Source: Rhodosorus marinus CCMP1338
Lineage: Eukaryota > Plantae > Rhodophyta
Length of the DNA: 64,000 bases
Direction of reading: 5' to 3'
Assembly: GCA_029953675.1 (NCBI GenBank)
Contig: JAMWBK010000002.1
Location: forward strand, 3,286,001 to 3,350,000
Positions 48,855 to 62,094 of this stretch are shown here, in pieces (positions within the stretch are counted from its first letter, which is position 1; the number at the start of each line of letters is the position of its first letter). The notes below the pieces were generated by a model. It ran no database searches. It saw nothing but the letters and a program-made list of their open reading frames with translations, and had not been told where the DNA came from. Made by a program: the position numbers and the translations under genes.

Positions 48855-49584
48855 ATGTGGAGGACGTTGAGGCCTGTGGATCATATTTATGCGGTAAGAT
48901 GGATGAGTTCGTCGAGAGATCGTGTGAAAGCCCAGGCGGAGGAGATTATGAAGAGGGAATTTCGGGATTTGTATGATGCCAAGTATGCGAAAAAGAGGGC
49001 GACGGTATCAGGCCTTATCGCGAAGGAACATTCGATTGTGTTCCCGAGAATAAAGACGACTTCGTTGAGCACGAAGAGAATCGTCATTCAGGATGAGGCA
49101 AAAAAAGCCCGCGCGACACTACTTGAGTTGTCGTTTCGAATGAGTGGCGCGAATCAGAACAAGCAATGGATCGACATGTGCGAGAAATCGTTGCGGGAAC
49201 TGAAGGTACAGAGTCTGTACCTCACGGTCAACGAGACGTTCTTGTACAGAGCGTTATCAGGGTTTATTCAGTCAACTCAGCGTAGAAAGATACCCTTGCG
49301 GGATCATGACAGTTACATTGTATTCAACAGTCCTGGCGACGAAATCCTGAAGTTGACCCAGAACAGCAATCGGCTTGTGGGGTATCTTCTTCTTCTGGAC
49401 AGAGAGGTGCGTGGTCAAAGAGCGGCGATCCTGTAATCCCTGAGTTACAAACTGATTCGATATTGCTCCTATTCATCTTCAGGCTAGAGTTCGATGGTAC
49501 GGCTACGGCGCACCGGATGAATCGTCAGTTCATTCCCTTCAAGAAGCTGCTAATGCCGTGGTTGAAGAGAGCAAAAATTTTTAA
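48855..49584 (+). CDS. ATP10: Mitochondrial ATP synthase assembly factor ATP10; 2 exons
   Basis: Motifs SIVFP, NRLVGYLLLLD and RVRWYGYG across an intron at about 49407-49482. Arg-rich presequence. Confidence 0.82.
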
Positions 49585-50109
49585 GTGCGTAGCTCACGAC
49601 ATTTCTTTGTGTAATCTTGATCGTTACGAGAAGGATCGGGGCCTGACTTACAAGTCGAAAAGAAACGTTAGTGTAATGCATTCGTCAGAATCCCTTCACA
49701 TGCTCCAGCAAGGTTGGATTGCAAGATCATTGTTGGGTGCAGACTAAATCTGTGAAAACCGGGCTTTCTCATTCGCAATCACTCGCTCTGGATAATTGCG
49801 CTCGAGAGGCTTAGCTGATTACAGCAGATCACTGTAGTCCTATTAGCAACATAGCCTGGAACTTGCTTAGTTTTCGTTTTACAAAGTGTATAAAAGTGGG
49901 TTGCATGAATGCAACTTAGTCACAACGGCAGGTGTTGAGCATGGGAGAGCACGACCGATGCTTGACGCCGATGATGCGAATCTTGCACGGTTGTTCTGGA
50001 CTGCACAACTGCCCATACTGACGCTATCGACGAGATGCTGACGTAAAAGACAAGCTGAGGCACGGACTAGAGGCTCCCCAAGGATAACTTCGAAAGGACT
50101 CAGAGAAGC

Positions 50110-52228
50110 CTATGTTTCATCAGACTTTTCTGTAGAAGACAAGGTCGGTAGGGACGTACTCGGGGTTCTCCTGACCCATGTGCGGAATAGGTGCGCTTCG
50201 CTAGCTCCGCTTTCCGGTAAAATTTCTCTGATGGAGAAACCTGACGCCTGAGCCTGGTCGAGGATTGCCGTAAGGTCCGGGCCCGCACGACGATCATAGC
50301 AAACCAATGCTGCGATTCTAAACGTCGCCCGATGAACTATGATTCCATCGCGAATTGCACCCTGAATTACGGCGGTTAGGTTGTCGGTATCCCCTTTCCT
50401 CGCTAGGATCCGGACCATAAGATCGCAAGTTGTGGGGTCGCCGCTGAGCTCATGAGCAAGCATCTTCACAGGCACTCTGTTGGATTCCTCAAAGCAGTCC
50501 GAATAGTAGCAGGCACTCAAGATGGAGTTGAAAGAATCCACGTTTGGCGAAACGTTGAAGTACTTAATCATGTTGTCAACTATCACCCACGCCTCGTCGA
50601 AACGGTCTTGCCTAGCAAGGGAAGCGACCAAACAGTTAACGGCAACAACCGGTACCTTTCAACACAGAGCCGACGGATGAGTGGTGCATTCTATTGGACA
50701 GCTTCGAGGTCAGAAGCTCTGAAAGGATGTTCACCATACCTTTTGCTGCCGCCCAGCGCATTGACGAAGGTAATGCTCCATCTTCGACGTTCGCAGGCGG
50801 GACTCACATATGGCGTCGACCAGTCCATCCAGACAACTCGTTGGCGTGATCACTTCTCTGTAATCTAGCTCAAACATGAGATCGCAGGCTGCCTCAACTG
50901 ATCCCTTCAATGCGTGTGCCTCCGCGACGCTGCAGATGACATCCTCTGATGGCTCTGCTGCGGGATAGCTCAGACGATACCATTTGAATAACACGTTCAT
51001 CAAAGCCAGCTCCCCTTGTCCAGCCGACTCCACTATAAGAAGTTTAAAAACTCCGATCTCAACCTTGCTACCGATCTGGTTCAACTGCTCCCAACATTTT
51101 GCCGTCAAGTGCTGGAGGAAGTCGTCCGCCAAGTACAAGTGCTCCAGTTGACTCAGTTCAATCAAGACCTCCATCAAATTCCGTAGGGGAACCAGCTCTT
51201 CAGGTCTACTAAGCAGAAATCTAAGAACCTTCTGACCGTCACCCACACGGCCTCGCTTGAACAGGGACATCAGCAGCTGGCTCTGAGCTTCCTGGATTTA
51301 TCGAAATTCGCACCAAAATTCGATTCATCGCTTGAGCAAGGTCTCTGTACAGTTGCCAGTTGCTTTAAGATCAGCTCGCGACTTACGCTTCCGAGCTTCA
51401 TGTCGATGCTCAGCATTTTCCGAAGGAAACGAAGAATCTCATCTGTCTGCCCAGTTTTAGTGAACCGATCAACAAACAATAGGTATGAGTCTACCGTCGG
51501 CGTTGCGATCCCACCCTGGCGGTGCATATCACCCAGAAGAGATTTCGCTTCATTGAGTTCACCGGCGTTTACGAATGTCTGCAAAGCAATGTTGAAAGTT
51601 CTCGCAGGTACCTCAACTCCAAACCTGCGTCGGGGAATTCAAAACAAAAGCGCGGACAGGTTATCGATCGTGCCGGCAGTTTCCAACATACCAGCTCATT
51701 TCGTTTCTTGCATGATGTTCAGTGGAGACCTGAATACCTCCTTATGTCCTCGACAAGGCCACGTGTAAGCGCCACATCGTTGGCTCTGTTCGCTGTACCT
51801 AGGCGCTGATGGACTAGTGAGCTGGTCATACGATTTTCGCTCGAAGTGGATCCGTACTTCGGATTCCTGGATCTAGTCAACGCTGAAGTACGATGTCTAT
51901 GTACAGATTGGCTCGGGTCTCTCTCTTGATCTTTTTTGAGCAGGGTTTCCGCGAGCTCTGCCGCACTCGTTGTCTCCGGATGATCTTCTTTCGAGGGAGC
52001 ATCCATCGCTCCCATGAGTTGAATAAACTCATCATCAGACACTTCCTTGTTGCTCAGACTCCTATCCTTTCCATTCTCATGGCCTTCCAGATCCTCAAAG
52101 TAGTCAATCTGTCCCCTTAGTCTTCTCACTTTCCTTGAAAACCATCGCACGCCAACAACGGACCACGGCCGTATTGGCGTCGAGGAAGGAGCCAGACTGA
52201 AAATTTGGCTTCTGTCAAACCCAATCAA
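50110..52228 (-). CDS. Pentatricopeptide-repeat (PPR)-like helical repeat protein; multi-exon; 5' end unresolved
   Basis: PPR-like repeats such as ALQTFVNAGELNEAKSLLGDMHRQGGIATPTVDSY, LVASLARQDRFDEAW and SPNVDSFNSILSAC. Confidence 0.72.
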
Positions 52229-52844
52229 GGCATTATGAGTTTAGTTTGGCCTTTTAACTCCATCTGAGCCATGCATACAGTTCCACAGGAGTCATCCAAA
52301 CCTTGGAAACCCGAATCCACCTCGTTTCGATTCACCCAGTTCGAGCCTGAGCTAGTGCTTCTGCGGACTGGACCAGATGTCCCCAGCTGAAGCATGGCTT
52401 CGAATATAGTTAGTTACTTCTGTATCAAACTTTCCATCCAAATATGATCCTAGCGAATACTAGCTCGACGATAAGACGAGGATTTAGCAGGGAGTCATGT
52501 AGCGAGCCAAGCAGAGGCTAGCCACTGAATTTTCCAGCGGGTTGTACAGGGTCTCAGGGAACTCTGGGAGCTGATGAATTGAGGACTAAGTCTGCGGAGG
52601 ATTGATGTAGTTGAAGAACGAATATTTGCGGCTATGGGCAATCCCTCGGTTGTATAGAAATCGATGGTCCGGTCTTATATTAGAAATAATTACGCTTTAC
52701 AGTGGGAGGGAATTTCGGGTGAAAAAAATTCCTCCCCTTGCAATCGAATCCAAATATCCACCCGATTGGGAGTAGTAGTTGCTTGATTAGTAACAGGAGT
52801 ATGCACTTTTTGTGAAAACTCACTTAGCGTTTTCTGCGTGTTCC

Positions 52845-54002
52845 TTATTGCTCACTTGCTCTGTCTGCTTTGCTTTTCTTCTTAAAGATCTCTCTTCCAA
52901 AGAAGATCAATCCACCCTGCCAAATGTCAACGTTCTTACAGTCAAGAGACAGTTTCCAAGGAGGATAAAACTTTTTGGCTTGAAACTTACAGACACCAGA
53001 ATCAAAACGGACAGTAAATTGAGGACTTCCTGAGTAGCAACACTATCAAGCGCCGGAAGAGCTGTCGCCTTGGCGAATCTATGCCATCCAACTCCACCCA
53101 AGGTTCCCAGGCCTAAATGATGAAAACGAACGGGCGAAGAAACATGTTTGGTGTGAGGGACCTCCATGTGACCCGATCTTCAACGACCTGAGAGAAAACT
53201 TGAACAAGCTGTTGGCCATCTCACCAGCTCCAACGGCTACTTGAGCCCATGTATGGTATCCAATGACGACCCTTACGATGGATCCTCCGGCAGTCTGTGA
53301 CGTGAAAGAATTTCGATCAACATTGAGGACAATTGCGATCCGACACAGATGTGCTTCCGTTTCTTACCATAAGCAGCAACCCGATCGATACAAAAGGAGC
53401 GAGGCTGTTTGCATTCCAGATATCTAAAGCCTTTGCAGTTGGAAGCAAAGAGTGTTAATGTTCATCAATCATTTACAGTTTTTCCAACTTGCTGATTTGC
53501 GGTCCGTACCAGGTAGGTTGAGAGGAAGCATAGAACGGTTGCGTGAGAGCTCGGCATTCCGGAGCTCGATGTTCTTTTGTCAGTTGGTCTGCTTTCATTG
53601 ATGATCATCTTCAAGGTCTTAACCAAAACGGTGATGCCCAGGGCTCCGATAAGGTATACGATCGTTGACTGAGGAGAACGGGTCGGTGCTAAGCAGGCCA
53701 TAGTGGTGTGTTTGATATCCGTTTTCAAATGTTCTCGTAGTCTTTCAATCACTTACCGCGTCGTGCTTCACAACCATTGTGGTACCCACTGCAGCAAGTG
53801 TGATGGTCTTCACAGAGTCTGCGAAGAACCTCAACATTCTCTGTTCCTCGTCCTCAACGACAGCAGAGGCTTTTACCTTATAAGCTCGTCGTCGATCGCA
53901 AGCTCTAGTCTTCTGAGTGACAAGTCGTACATGATAACCATTCAAAAAGCTCAGGAGCGGTGTCTCGACAATATTCCCTTCCACTCCAGCTCTTATCATC
54001 AT
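52845..54002 (-). CDS. PAP2-superfamily lipid phosphate phosphatase (LPP-epsilon/DOLPP-like), possibly plastid-targeted; multi-exon
   Basis: C1 KTLKMIINESRP, C2 GMPSSHA and C3 IVRVVIGYHTWAQVAVG. The last exon GGLIFFGREIFKKK ends at TAA 52845-52847. Confidence 0.85.
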
Positions 54003-54595
54003 GATCAGCTTCCCACAGATAAATCAGATTCACACATGGATTCGTTCTGCCTCCCTCCCTCTCTCGCGCCGAGATCTTGCTTGTCTCAAAAAGACTATAT
54101 CGGCTTTTTTGCAAGCTATCAGGTTGGGACTGTCCATCACGTCATCTTCAGCATTCGAACGAATCACTCAGATGGCTCTTCTTCTTTGAGAAAGTAGTAC
54201 GCATTCTGTTTTCCTTAAGCGTATTCAACTGCGGCTTGTAGCTGTCTGTATAAACAATTTGGGTCCAGATCGATGGAAAGGGGTCAGGATGGTGAGCATC
54301 GACTTGGAAGTTTTGGCGAGATTTTCCGGTCTGGTTCGCAGAGCTCAGCATTTTCTGCTAAGGCTTCTATGGATCAGTATTGAAGATACCCTCAATATGG
54401 GAAAGCTCGGGTCAGGTCGAATGGTTCTTCTGCAGTGATGATATTGGGATTTACTGTTGATAGTGTAGGATCTGTAGCTTCTTTACTTCTGGGAAAACGC
54501 TTCGCTCTTATCGAACTTGCTGGTTTAACCAGAAGTTTACTGTTTAGTGAATGACGTAGTAACGAGTTCGCGACGGTCCGAGTCGGGACAACACG

Positions 54596-56808
54596 ATGAA
54601 GACGTCTGCGGAAAGTTCGCGTTTCGGCACAGGATTTTTGCACGGGTTTGTTGTTGTTGGCATCATCCAACTGACGCTGTGGGGAGTTCTTCTAAGAAGA
54701 GGAGATTGGTGGCGGAATTCCTCCCCTAAAGCTTTGGAATGGGTTGACGCAGGAGCTGAAGCCGGACCGAACACGGCCAGCTCGAGAATGTGCAGCTTCG
54801 CTGATCGAGGGTTGAGGACAAGGTTTTCTTTAGAATCGAGGTATCGAAACAGCCTGAACATAAGCGAAGTTGGTGAAACGTGGATAGAAGCTATCATCGA
54901 GATACCGAGGGAGGCAGTGAAAATTCGTGTGCACATTGGCAACGCTCGGGAGGAGACGGATCTCGATGACAGGGATGGCGTGAACCCGCTCACCAGAGTT
55001 CTCAGGCTGAATGGACTTGCGCGAAGCACGTCGTATTCGCTGATGGTTTATTCTGTGAACTCCAGAGGTGAACTACTTGCTGCTCTGGTACACAGCCTCG
55101 CACAGGCCTGAGGCACAGGATGGTTATTGAACAAAAGTCTGGCTGTTACTAACGTAGGGAAGTCAGAGCTATTCATAAAACAGGACTTGTTCACGCGTGA
55201 GAGCGCAACGCTTGTCCTCAATCCTTCTTTTGAGACTCCAGGCGTTCCTCCGCATCGATTTTCTCGAACGACCAGGAATGCTAAACTAGCTGCTCGGTGG
55301 ACTCCCATGCTCGGGGCTGGTTACCAGCGACTCTGCGCACCCTTCAAGTTCGAGAATGGAAGGATTCTTCCTCCAAGATCCGGCGACTGCCACCTACTCC
55401 TAGGATACCCAGGATACCCGTTGGATCGGACTGACCACTGTGGAACGCATCAGATGGTAGAAGTGCCGAATCGGCTCTCGCGTGAAGTCTTCATACTACG
55501 CTTCTGGTTCTGTCCAGGTTCTACCGTCGGCCCCGAAGTTAGGGGAGCGAAGTTCTTTCTTAATCTTTCCCTGCTGTTGGATGACGGAGATGTGATTGAG
55601 GGTAACCCACTGTCTCTTCCAGAAGAATCAAGAATCGTGGACCCGTTTGTGTATCAATACTCATGTGTTCGTGTTCATCATGCTTCTGGGGTGAAAGCAC
55701 TCCAGATTTCGTTTCACCTGGAAGGATGCAAATCAACTGGTACGTCCTTCGTTGACGATGTAGACGTCACGGTCGCAGATTCTGAAAGTGACGATGTATG
55801 TCACGGGATATTCGTATCCTCGGCAGATACTCGGGGTTCAATTAGACTACCTGAACGTCATCTTGAGGCGGAAGAGAAGCCGAACCTCGCTGATTTGTCA
55901 CTGGCTGTTCCGCTAACGGCGGAGTTGATGCCTAGACTTGCTGCTCTCAGTGCCACGTACGGAGGACCTGTCGTTGCAAACGTGCTCGTCCGGAATCAGC
56001 GCGAGCTAGAGTTTGCTGTTTCGTTTTGGAAGACCGTGAGGGTTCTTCGGAGAAGGACATCCATTCTGTTCACGCACGTGAACGGAGATGTGGCCCTACC
56101 TGTGAACGCACTTCGCAATGGTGCCGCGTTGATGGTTAAAACTCACTTCGTCCTGCCCGTGGATGTTGACTTTTTCATGTCGAGCGGCACTTCACGTTGT
56201 TTCTATGGAAAATCGAACGTCCTACCAAAGCTGTTTGGCGAAAAGAAGCTGACAGCACTTGTCCTACCTCAGATGATTGTCGAAGATGGTCTTGGAATTC
56301 CGAGTTCAAAGGAGGAGCTCTTGAGCTTGATGCGAGTAGGACTCGCAGCTCCGTACTGCGAGATCGCGCAAACCGGTATCGACCTTCTTAAGTGGGGACT
56401 TGCCAATGACAACCGCGCAGTTTCACCCGCCGCGCAAAGCGAACCGTTCGCAATACTGCGGAGGTCTGAATTTGTCCGGTTTGACGAGCGCTTCACTGGT
56501 TATGGCCTGAACAAGGTACGTGTCTCAAGTGCGATTACAAAACTACCTTGACAACTTCTCAAGAGGGACTTGTCCACTCGTAGGTTTCGTGGCTTGTGGC
56601 TCTCGCAAGCGGAGGCGGGTTCGAGTTCTATGTGCTCTCGGACGCTTTCCTTACGCATCACAATCATGCGGAGAACATATGGTTCAGGAAACGAAACCAA
56701 ACGCTGTACTTTCAAACGTGCAGGCGGTTCTTATCCTACGTCGCTGAAAACGATATGATTCTGTCGAAAGCTCGAGCGCGGCCAAAATCGGTGTTTCTTC
56801 CATATTGA
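54596..56808 (+). CDS. Type II membrane glycosyltransferase: FN3-like and CBM-like domains plus a GT49 (LARGE/B4GAT1-like) catalytic domain; 3 exons
   Basis: TM helix [18 protein letters not shown] motifs [34 protein letters not shown] and [11 protein letters not shown]. Introns at about 55069-55118 and 56516-56584. Confidence 0.85.
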
Positions 56809-57149
56809 ACGGGGCTGTACTAACAGAGGACACTAACACGAAAAATGAACTAATTACTTTTACTATCCACATCAGTTCCTCACTTTTCTATACCAAGGGC
56901 GGTGCTCCGAACGCCATTCTCAAATCTTGTTTCCGCTGTTATTGTTGTTGTCGCTAACCACGGAATCCAGACACTCGTTTGATGGAGAGGGATACCCGAG
57001 ACAGAGGCTGTTATCAGGCAGCGTAGAAAAACAATACGTTGGAAACTATCTTTCACGTGTTCATGAAGTGGACTGCACCATAGGCCAGCATTTCTCCTGT
57101 TCCTCCAACAACTACCAGCATAGTCATGGATCTGCCCGATGGGCCTGAA

Positions 57150-57530
57150 TTTGGACCCACGATACTAATGCACATGCGGAGATCCAACCCCTACTGACTT
57201 ACGAACGAAACCTTCAACAAGGACGCGTGAAACCTGATATGAATCCACAACTTGCTTAGTAATCTGCGTTAATAGGCCATATCCGAAATCCTTCTTCGCA
57301 TTCTCGGAAAGGGCACCATCCATCGAGGCTTGAAACGGGAAGGGCATGATAGCTTATTCACGTGCAGCAGGACGTGGTCTCCTTCATCAAATGTCACCAC
57401 TTGCTGCGCGTTTTCATATTGTGCTGGGCGAGGTGCCAGATCTCGGATTGAAAATAAACGCACGTTTCGCAGATTTACTAGAGCCGCCGGTGGTAGAGAG
57501 TCATTCGGTTGTGCAAGCCTTCTTCTAACC
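57150..57530 (-). mobile_element. Ty3/Gypsy (chromovirus-like) integrase GPY/F-region remnant with a stop codon
   Basis: FDEGDHVLL...RFKPRWMVPF...RISDMAY*RRLLSKLWIHIRFHASLLK matches F..GD.V.L...KL.PRW.GPF....AY.L.LP....IH..FHVSLLK. Confidence 0.72.
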
Positions 57531-58834
57531 CTTGCAGACTCCTCAAAGTCGAAAGCCCCTTTAAATGCGTCATCATTGTATCTAATTTCTTCAATAAAAC
57601 AAAGTTTCCTCTCCGGACAACTCGTTCTGTTGATGGATTTTGTTTTTCTAAGACATCCAAACATATTTGAATGTGTCCCAGACGGATTGAAAAGCTAGAT
57701 TGCTAGACGAGTCCGGTGGTCGATAAGGAAGCTACTGTCTAATAAGTGAAAACATGATGAGCCACGATCTTGTCCAGAGCCGAACAGAATAAGGAATTAA
57801 CATGTAACCCCTGGACCTAGGAACTTCCTCCATAAAATTTCAAAATACACCGTTTAGGACCCGTCTAAAACGTTCATAATTGCTGGCTTTTTAATACTAG
57901 GCAGTGTGGCCCGCCTAACTGGCAAGATGAAACTATCTGAAACTAGAAACTACTAAGCAAAAACCACAAAAGTTCCTAGGTTCGCTCTTTATGTTCTAAT
58001 GAAAGTCGTCTCTTGTACAGATTAAGTAAGAATAGGATCCGAACATAATTTTCAATGAAGAAAGTTTTTTTTTTCATCTCAGGTAGAGAATTCTCAAAGG
58101 GAGCGGTGCGTTTAGTAGGAAGACATTTTCTCCCATTTCTTGGTAGCGGGGTTGACATTCATTTAAAATCTTTCTTAATAGCGGGATTTCTGAACCCCAA
58201 TTATCTGTTCACGAAGCAAAATCAAGGATCCAGAGGTGTAAGCAACTATCCAATTAATGTACAGATTCACCCATAGAAATTCTCTAGTTTACGACAGAGT
58301 TTCTATTATGGGAATACGAACCATCAAAACTTTAGACCAGATGATTTAGTTTTTCTAAAATACGTATTTCTAGAATTTAAAGATATTATTCTGTCTTAGA
58401 GTCCTACTTAGATTTGTAAGCAAACAGCCAATGGCCTCATGTTTTGAACAGTCCAGGTCAAATGACATCGCGTAGAGTCCACTTTTTCCAATATTATAGT
58501 AAAAAACATTTTTTGTGGATCTGTGGTCTAGTTGAGGGGTTTTCGACGGGATGGGCCGTATTGGAAAGGAGCTGATAAGGGACTGGGGGGGCGGTGCTTG
58601 AGTGAAGCGAGAGCTTTGGTTGGGAGGGAGAAAGGTAAGAGCGAAGGGGAAGTCTAGAGGATCACGGAGTGGTTTGATGGATGAGTGGATTTGATTTTTT
58701 GACTCATGGAAGTGGAGCGATTTTAGATAGCAGCTTGCAGAACAGCTGAGATGGGATTCCTGGTTGGTAATTAAGTTGTTATACATCACGGTTTTGCGGA
58801 AGGGTACAAGGCTGGGTTTGGGTGAGATAGGAAG

Positions 58835-61800
58835 ATGGTGGAAGGAGAGGATTTTGAAGATGGAAGGATGTCTTCGAGATCTCCAACGAGGATGGAGGAG
58901 TACAAGGCGTTTCAGGAGGCCCAGAGGAGAGCGAGTGGTAAGCTCAAGATTGGAGACCAGTTTTATCTTCTGGACAGCTTGTGGTATAGAAAATGGGAAG
59001 AAGCTGCAAGAAACGGTGAGAATGGAAGAAGAGAGCCTGTGGACAATTATGGGCTGCTGGGGGATTCGCTTGAGCTAGGAGAGGACCTCGAAGAGAATGT
59101 GGATTTCATTATTGTTGGACCTGAGGCGTGGCGCTTGCTTCTCGAATGGTATGACGGGGGTCCAGAGCTTCGTCGAGAAGTCATATTTAACGGAATCGAG
59201 AACGTGATTGAAATCTACAAGCTGAATCTCAAGATCAAGTTCCAAGGGGGATTCCTTACACAAAGCAATGTCAGCAAGTCCTGGACTTTGGACGAGTTGA
59301 AGGCTAAGATCTTCGTGGAATATCCAATGCTTAATTCTGAGGATTACGAAGTCTGCTTTTACAATTCGTCTACTAGAATTCCGGGGAGTCTGACTTTATA
59401 TCAGGGCCAGATAACGAGCGAATCGACGCTCCAGATTCAGCCAAGAAACGGTTTAAACGGCTTCCAGGACAACGATGACGACAGCCTGCAGCCCACGCTG
59501 GAGGATTACAAAAACAACAAACATTCGGGCTTAACCGGCCTTCAGAATCTGGGGTTCACGTGCTTTATGAACTCCGCTTTACAATGCCTGAGCAACACGG
59601 TGAGCCTTTCCGAGTTTTTCTTGTCCGGGAAGTATGAGAAGGAGATCAACGAAGACAATCCAATTGGGAGACAGGGAAACCTTGCAAGGGCGTACGCGAC
59701 AGTTCTTCGTCACATTTGGAGAGCTGAAGAACGCAGCTATGCCCCAAGGTCGTTAAAGTTCCAGCTGGGTCATTATGCTCCACAGTTTCACGGCTACACC
59801 CAGCAGGATGCACAGGAGCTCATGGCGTTTCTCATGGATGGACTGCATGAGGTGAGATTGTGGAACGAGTTCATCACCGGCGAGGCTTTTCTTCCTTTCG
59901 TTGTGACTATCGAATGGTTCTAATGCATACGTTTCGTGTATAAAATTCTTGGTCTTGAAGGATTTGAACAGGATAAGGAATAAGCCAGTCGTTGAAGCTG
60001 TCGAAGGGGGGTATGTTTCGCCCTAGCTAGAGGAGAGACGAGCAGTCCTAAGAGAATTCTAAGGTCGTATATCCGTCAACTCTATTGTGTTTGAGCAGGA
60101 ATGAGCCAGATGACATGGTCGCAGAGAAGGCGTGGAAGAATCACAAACTGCGAAACGATTCCATTATCGTTGACCTCTTCCATGGACAGTACAAGAGCAC
60201 AGTCATATGCCCGACTTGTGAGAAGGTCAGCGTGACTTTCGATCCCTTTATGTACTTGACTCTGCCACTCCCTGCAAGGATTGAGAAGACCATAGAAGTC
60301 ACCTTCGTGCCCCTGCCTATACCAAACGGAGGGAAACAGACGCCCATCAAGTACGCGATGAAGTATATTCCGAATACCACGAAAATCGGAGATTTGAAAT
60401 ATTATGTCGCCGGTGAGTCCGAAGCCATTGGTGTTGTGTGGATAATTCCATAATCCGAAACTCACGATTCGGGCCACTTGCTATGTTTACCTTACACGAG
60501 AAAGACAAGACTGGAAGGAATGCTTCGAAGTTGGTTATTGCCGTGAAGTTGATCTACAACAGGCTGGATAGCAGGATGGCGTTCCTAGACAAGGACGCTC
60601 TGAAGGAGGAGTTCTCGCAGCTCACAATCATGGCATACGAAGTTACGGAGGAGGTGTCAGCAATTACGGGCTCCGCTTACAATTCCATTGTCGATGATGA
60701 GGAGGTTGGTGTCACATCGCGAATCGTTACTATTGAGGTGAAATCATGTCCTGGTGTGTTGAGCTGACCCGATAATACCCGTTTCACTATTCTTTCGAAG
60801 ACGGAAGACGATGGAGAGGATAAGCTCATTATGGTTGAGATTTTGCAGTCATTCAGTGGGGAGGAGATACGGCACGTGACAATGCCTCATCTTTTCACTG
60901 TCCGGAGGTCACAATGCACAGGTAAGACTTGCACGCGTGTCGTTCGTTCCTGTTGCATCTCAGGAAACGTGTGGAATGTTCCGTGCTTTGACTGACTCGC
61001 GTTGACTTGACGATTTCATTTCAGGTCGACGAGTAACTCGCGAGGTGCTGGACAGGGTTAGAAACTATTTTGATTTTGAGGAGTTTGGGAAGGGCGCGAC
61101 GAAAGAAGGGGAGCTTGAACAGCCATTCGAACTGAAGTTTGCCAAGAAGGCTTTACACATTGCGTACCCGGCTGTGAAAGAAGAAGTTGAGCCCGAATCG
61201 GACGAAGTTTTGGATGCAGCAAGGACGTGTTCGAAGGTATGCACGTTGACGAAATCAGAGAGACCACATGGCTTTGGCACCCGCAAACAGGCGAACATAG
61301 GCCATGCCGTTCGTCGCGCTAGCTGTACTATCATATCGAGAAATTAATGCTGGAGACTTCGCTTCTGAGTTGTTTTGTTTTTTTCGGTTCACCTTAGACT
61401 ACAGTCTTTGTGGAATGGAACAGCGCCATGGAGGCCTTCAGTGACTGCTGGAACTACGCGGATTCATTGGGGAAGAACTTGGTAGAGGACGAGTCCATTT
61501 ACCGTCTGAAGAATGAAAAGCAGGAGGTTACTCTTGATGAGTGTATCAAGTTTTGGGAAAAGGAGGAGACTCTTACTGAGCAAAATGCCTGGTATTGCCC
61601 GGAATGCCGGGAGCACAAGCTCGCGAGTAAGAGCTTACAAATGTGGAGAATGCCGGAGTTTCTGGTAATCCACCTGAAGAGGTTTTCATATACAACCTGG
61701 AACAGAAACAAGGTTGACGTTTTCGTTGACTTCCCGTTAACTGGCTTGGACATGAAGCCGTTCCTTCCCTCGGGGTCGGTAAGCTGCTGCGTAAGCATCT

Positions 61801-62094
61801 CGGGGCTAATCAGCTTGAGGGATATGGTAGACCTCAATGACCTTGCAACTGACCCGTGGTGTTGTATAATATCAGGCGTTGCAAGATAATGTATATGATC
61901 TGTACGCGGTGAGCAACCACATGGGAGGCCTCGGAGGTGGGCACTACACCGCTTACGCTATCAGCCCTTGGAAAGACCAACAATGGTACGCTTTTGACGA
62001 CTCAATTGTCACAGAGATAAACTCTGCGTCTACCGTGAAAAGCTCCAGCGCATATGTGTTGTTCTATCGCCGTCGACAACGGGACACTATGTGA
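58835..62094 (+). CDS. Ubiquitin carboxyl-terminal hydrolase with DUSP, Ubl and a split catalytic domain (USP4/11/15-like); multi-exon
   Basis: DUSP segment [12 protein letters not shown]...PVDN. Cys box [21 protein letters not shown]. Also QQDAQE, WYCPEC and IHLKRF. His box [14 protein letters not shown]...WYAFDDS...AYVLFYRR. Confidence 0.93.

Noticed and set aside
2996-58789. K/T/P/N-rich ORFs such as 2996-3436, 11244-11750, 30197-30532, 40555-40848, 48452-48884 and 58370-58789
   Set aside because: They are artefacts of the C/A versus G/T skewed 5' regions, mostly antisense to real gene starts, and have no domain content.
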